From Kangiella sp. (GTDB taxonomy: Bacteria; Pseudomonadota; Gammaproteobacteria; Enterobacterales; Kangiellaceae): 64,000 nt of DNA. Positions 60,040-64,000 of the stretch are shown here, in pieces. Numbering within the stretch: the stretch's first letter is position 1; the number at the start of each line of letters is the position of its first letter. Both the position numbers and the translations under genes were made by a program. Under the pieces are notes generated by a model, which was not told the origin of the DNA, ran no database searches, and saw only the letters and a program-made list of their open reading frames with translations. Location of the stretch: positions 53,642 through 117,641 of the forward strand of contig JANQSG010000018.1 in NCBI GenBank assembly GCA_028284185.1. Reading direction: 5' to 3'.

Positions 60040-60897
60040 ATGAAAAAACTAACCTGTTTATTATCCATAGTGGCAATAACAGCACCATTGGGTGTTGCTG
60101 CAAAATCCAATAATGCCAAGCCTGTTGCCGATAAGGTTATTGCTGAGCAACGAGCAAAGCTGGCAAAAAACACTGAAAAGCAAGGATTTGGCCCACAATC
60201 ACCGCGTAATATTGATTCTACTGCTGGCAGTAACCGAATCGTATTTAGCGCTGCTCCTGCTTACAGCCAGATGAATTTATGTAATATCCATTTCCATAAG
60301 AATGCCGAACATGCTGGTGGACAGTTTACAAAATATGCGGGCAATGGCGATGGTCATGGGTATAAAACAGGTTATTTATATTCGGGGAAATTAAGCAAAA
60401 AGGAAAAGAGGCCGATTAGAAAAGCCGCTTGCCCCAGCAAAAAAAGCAAACTACAAACAGGTGACACTATCGAAGTCCATTATGTCCATAGCTCAGCACA
60501 AATAAAACCAGGCCCAACCTTGGGCGCCTGTCTTAGCGACTCCATTAAAAATCCTCAACTTCGAGTAGAAGCACAAGTATATGTTTTAGTTAATGATAAT
60601 GATGCGCTAGATTTTGCTGAGTTAACTCAATTTGCGCAAAAAGACGGTTTTTATCAAGCGCTAAAGATCCCAAATAGTACTGGTACGCCAGTTGTTTATG
60701 CCGGTTCAACTACTGGGCCTAACTATAACGAAGCAGGTTCACCCTTTCAGGTTACCTGGAGTGTACGTCCTGAGGTGGCTAAGGTTGATATAAAAACGGT
60801 TGCCAAATGGTGTCAAGGTAATGACTTCAATGAAGATCATGCTCATGGTGTAAGAAATCTGGTGGTTAATCCGGATCTGCTTTCGACTATAAAATAA
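60040..60897 (+). CDS. secreted protein with a carbonic-anhydrase-like His pattern (possible delta-class-like CA)
   Basis: Signal peptide. CNIHFHKNAEHAGG followed by IEVHYVHS recalls the alpha-CA pattern FHFHWG..SEH...LHLVHW, but the spacing is far longer. The ORF itself is solid; the function is tentative. Confidence 0.45.
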   Translation: MKKLTCLLSIVAITAPLGVAAKSNNAKPVADKVIAEQRAKLAKNTEKQGFGPQSPRNIDSTAGSNRIVFSAAPAYSQMNLCNIHFHKNAEHAGGQFTKYAGNGDGHGYKTGYLYSGKLSKKEKRPIRKAACPSKKSKLQTGDTIEVHYVHSSAQIKPGPTLGACLSDSIKNPQLRVEAQVYVLVNDNDALDFAELTQFAQKDGFYQALKIPNSTGTPVVYAGSTTGPNYNEAGSPFQVTWSVRPEVAKVDIKTVAKWCQGNDFNEDHAHGVRNLVVNPDLLSTIK

Positions 60898-60918
60898 GCG
60901 TGCTACTGCAATCAATAT

Positions 60919-60944
60919 AGCCGGCGATAACAGCCGGCTTTTTA
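60919..60944 (+). terminator. rho-independent terminator
   Basis: AGCCGGC-N7-GCCGGCT followed by TTTTT. Confidence 0.7.
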
Positions 60945-61109
60945 TCTTTATCTAAATCAGATAGCAGAAAAATCAGCTTGCTTCTTTAGCAAACAAACTT
61001 CCTTACAATTTTCCAAGATCAATATCCGGTCATTTTTTTGCCAATTGGCTCCAACCTAACTATATTGCTAAATTAGGGTTAATCTATTCGGGATCAATAA
61101 GAGCTAATA

Positions 61110-64000
61110 ATGAATATATATTCTTTTAAGAAAATCGCACTGTTATCAGGTTTATTAATCGCTTCTTCGGGTTTGGCTGTTCAGGCCAAAGAGAAAAAAG
61201 ACGATCAAAAATGGGATGTGAACAAAGCGCCAGGTAAAGCGGTTTTTGCGGACATTAAGGTGGATGAAGGTACCTGGATGAATCTGGACGTCAGTCCGGA
61301 CGGCAAAACCATCGCTTTTGATCTGTTAGGCGATATCTATACTATCCCGATCGGCGGGGGTGAAGCCAAGAATATCACTAATTCGATGGCGTGGGATATG
61401 CAGCCACGTTTTTCACCAGACGGTGGTCAATTGTCTTTTACTTCTGATCAAGGTGGTGGCGATAATATTTGGGTGATGGATATCGATGGTTCGGATGCTT
61501 ATCAAGTGACAAAAGAAAAATTCCGTTTATTGAACAATGCGGTTTGGAGTCCTGATGGCAATTATCTGGCTGCACGTAAACACTTTACCGGAACCCGCTC
61601 TTTAGGCGCCGGTGAAATTTGGTTGTATCACAAATCAGGCGGCAATGGCATTAAGCTCAATAAAAGACCGAATGAACAAAAAGATCTGGGTGAACCAGCA
61701 TTTACTCCAGATGGCCAATATGTTTTGTTCTCACGTGATTCGACATCAGGACGCTATTTTGAATATAGTAAAAATTCTAATGAACAAATCTACGAAGTTT
61801 TTGCCATTGATCGCAATACGGGTGAGATCGAAACCTGGATTTCGGGTCAGGGCGGTGCCGTTCGACCTACCCCGTCCCCCAATGGTAAATACATAGCTTT
61901 TGTGCGTCGCATTCGTGAGAAAAGTACGCTTTATTTGCAGGATCGCGAGACCGGTGAAGAGTTTCCCATTTACAAAGGCCTTGAGAGAGATATGCAAGAA
62001 ACCTGGGCCATTCACGGGGTTTATCCTAATTTCGCCTGGACACCTGACAGCAAAAATATTGTGTTTTGGGCTAAAGGCAAAATTCATACCATTGATATAG
62101 AATCAAAAGAAGTCACTAATATTCCCTTTTCAGTGATTGACCGTCGCGAGATGCGTGAAGTTGTTAGTAATATTAATCAGGCAGCACCGAAAGACTTTGA
62201 TGTCAAAATGCTACGCTGGTTGCAGGTGGCACCGAATGGAAAAACTGCTATTTTCCAAGCGCTAGGCCATATTTATAAAATGAGTTTACCCAATGGCAAG
62301 CCACACCGAATCACTAATCAAAATGATCATTTTGAATTTTATCCACGTTTCTCTCCTAACGGTGGCAGCATTATTTATACCACCTGGAGTGATAAGGATT
62401 TAGGTACGGTGCGTATTCATTCATTGTTTGGTGGCGGGCAAAGGATCATTAGTCAAAAACCAGGACATTACACTAATCCATCACTAAGCTCCGATGGTCG
62501 CACCGCAGTATTCCAGGCTATTTCCGGCGGTTATTTGACCAGCCCGCTCTATTCCAAAGAGCGAGGCATTATCGTTGTAGATTTGAAATCTCAGCAACAG
62601 AAACGCATCAGCAAATCAGGTTCCCGTCCTTTCTTTAACCGTGATCCAGAGCGAATTTATTTCTCAGAATCTAAAGCGGATGGTGAAGTTCGTTCGCAAA
62701 AGTTAGTCAGTGTGGATTTATCCGGTAATGATAAGCGAGAGCACTATCAGGGCAACTGGATCAGTGATTTTGCCATTTCTCCAGATAGCCAGTGGCTTGC
62801 TTTTACCCAGCGTTATCAGGTCTATGTCACACCATTTGTAGCGGGCGGAAAAGTTATTAGCACTGGCCCGAAAGCATCAAATTTACCAGTGAAACGTTTT
62901 TCAAAATTTTCCGGTGCTAACCTATCCTGGTCATCGGATAGTCAAAATCTGAATTGGTCAATGGGGCCGAATTTATACCAGCAAAAATTGGGTGATAAGT
63001 TTGGTTTTTTAAATGTTGACGGTGAAGCGCCTGAAGATGCGGAAGCAAATGTGATTCATATTCAATTACCGACTAAAGCTGATGTGCCAAAAGGGTTAAT
63101 TGCTTTAACTGGCGCTAAGATTATCAGCATGAAAGGCGATGAGGTGATTGAGAACGGCACTATTTTGGTGGAAAACAATCGTATCAAGACGGTGGGTAAA
63201 ACTGATGAGGTGACGGTTCCATCTAAAGCACAACGCTTTGATGTAACAGGAAAAACCATAATTCCAGGCTTGATCGATTTCCATTGGCATGGTCCTTATG
63301 CTAACGATCAGATACAGCCGCAAACCAACTGGAATGCACTGGCGTCTTTAGCCTTTGGTGTGACCACGACCCACAATCCATCAGCTAATACTGAAGCAGT
63401 TTTTTCCGCTTCGGAGATGCAAAAAACAGGTCAAATTGTCGCACCGCGCTTATTTTCAACTGGCACTATCCTATACGGCGCCAATCACTATATTACCGCT
63501 GACGTAAACAGTCTGGATGATGCTATTGGTCATTTGGAGCGCATGAAAGCGGTGGGTGCTTTTTCAGTCAAAAGCTACAATCAACCACGTCGTGATCAGC
63601 GTCAGCAAGTATTAGAAGCAGCGCGCAAAACAGGCCTGATGGTAGTGCCAGAAGGTGGCTCTTTATTTCAGCATAATATGACTATGGTGATCGATGGCCA
63701 TACCACAATTGAGCATTCTTTGCCGGTGGCAAATGTGTATGCGGATGTGAAGCAGTTAATGGGTCAGGCTGATACTGCCTATGTACCAACTATGGGCGTA
63801 GCCTATGGCGGTATTTTTGGTGAGCGTTACTGGTATGAAAAAACCGATGTCTGGAAGCATCCTATCTTGTCAAAATATGTGCCCAGACAGATTTTGGAAG
63901 CACGTTCCGTGCGTCGTTATAAGGCTCCAGAAGAAGATTATAATCATATTAACGTAGCGCGCGGTGCGGCTCAGTTGCAAGACGAGGGAGTAAAAGTTTT
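61110..64000 (+). CDS. periplasmic TolB-like (PD40) propeller fused to an amidohydrolase domain; the C-terminus runs off the window
   Basis: My translation from the ATG at 61110 gives MNIYSFKKIALLSGLLIASSGLAVQA (signal peptide), then VSPDGKTIAF, FSPDGGQLSF, WSPDGNYLAA, FTPDGQYVLF and PSPNGKYIAF. After about residue 700 the metal-binding GLIDFHWHG (HxH) motif appears. The frame is open to base 64000, so it is absent from the ORF track. Confidence 0.85.
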   Translation, partial: MNIYSFKKIALLSGLLIASSGLAVQAKEKKDDQKWDVNKAPGKAVFADIKVDEGTWMNLDVSPDGKTIAFDLLGDIYTIPIGGGEAKNITNSMAWDMQPRFSPDGGQLSFTSDQGGGDNIWVMDIDGSDAYQVTKEKFRLLNNAVWSPDGNYLAARKHFTGTRSLGAGEIWLYHKSGGNGIKLNKRPNEQKDLGEPAFTPDGQYVLFSRDSTSGRYFEYSKNSNEQIYEVFAIDRNTGEIETWISGQGGAVRPTPSPNGKYIAFVRRIREKSTLYLQDRETGEEFPIYKGLERDMQETWAIHGVYPNFAWTPDSKNIVFWAKGKIHTIDIESKEVTNIPFSVIDRREMREVVSNINQAAPKDFDVKMLRWLQVAPNGKTAIFQALGHIYKMSLPNGKPHRITNQNDHFEFYPRFSPNGGSIIYTTWSDKDLGTVRIHSLFGGGQRIISQKPGHYTNPSLSSDGRTAVFQAISGGYLTSPLYSKERGIIVVDLKSQQQKRISKSGSRPFFNRDPERIYFSESKADGEVRSQKLVSVDLSGNDKREHYQGNWISDFAISPDSQWLAFTQRYQVYVTPFVAGGKVISTGPKASNLPVKRFSKFSGANLSWSSDSQNLNWSMGPNLYQQKLGDKFGFLNVDGEAPEDAEANVIHIQLPTKADVPKGLIALTGAKIISMKGDEVIENGTILVENNRIKTVGKTDEVTVPSKAQRFDVTGKTIIPGLIDFHWHGPYANDQIQPQTNWNALASLAFGVTTTHNPSANTEAVFSASEMQKTGQIVAPRLFSTGTILYGANHYITADVNSLDDAIGHLERMKAVGAFSVKSYNQPRRDQRQQVLEAARKTGLMVVPEGGSLFQHNMTMVIDGHTTIEHSLPVANVYADVKQLMGQADTAYVPTMGVAYGGIFGERYWYEKTDVWKHPILSKYVPRQILEARSVRRYKAPEEDYNHINVARGAAQLQDEGVKV

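Overview
A contiguous chromosomal segment from a moderately AT-rich gammaproteobacterium; I cannot name the species from the sequence alone. No rRNA, tRNA, CRISPR array, transposase or integrase was seen. Bases 1-36100 are a conserved housekeeping backbone: a partial CPBP protease, then mnmG-rsmG-parA-parB, the full atpIBEFHAGDC operon, glmU-glmS, dsbA, a lipid A acyltransferase, arsC-slyD-MAPEG-SDR, apaG-apaH, a dcyD-like gene, yicC-gmk-rpoZ-spoT-ridA-trmH, DUF418, a TehB-like methyltransferase, oxyR-recG and mdh. A few AT-rich orphan genes sit within it. Bases 36100-49200 are a rearranged accessory patch, which I consider the most interesting part. (a) An AT-rich cluster of exported proteins with a second CPBP protease is embedded in about 0.2-kb direct repeats and holds a decayed relic of a beta-lactamase-fold gene. 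(b) A more GC-rich insert of about 7.5 kb encodes a CadC/ToxR-like membrane regulator with a TolB-like propeller sensor. Divergent from it are an esterase and a 1311-aa exported protein built from two tandem [PD40 propeller + SxxK serine hydrolase] modules. This insert is bracketed by a direct duplication of the promoter and 5' end of an ECF sigma gene. The orphan copy keeps the TGAACC-N16-CGTC elements and points antisense into the regulator gene. Bases 49200-64000 carry the intact ECF sigma operon, a nuclease/ThrE pair, and a metal-type TonB-dependent receptor followed by a bacterial pepsin-like (A1) aspartic protease with an unusual D-C-G second active-site motif. They also carry rarD, a hotdog thioesterase, two c5-type cytochromes around a GNAT gene, a secreted protein with a carbonic-anhydrase-like His pattern, and a partial TolB-like/amidohydrolase gene. 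All functional calls come from motif recognition by eye; no database search was run.
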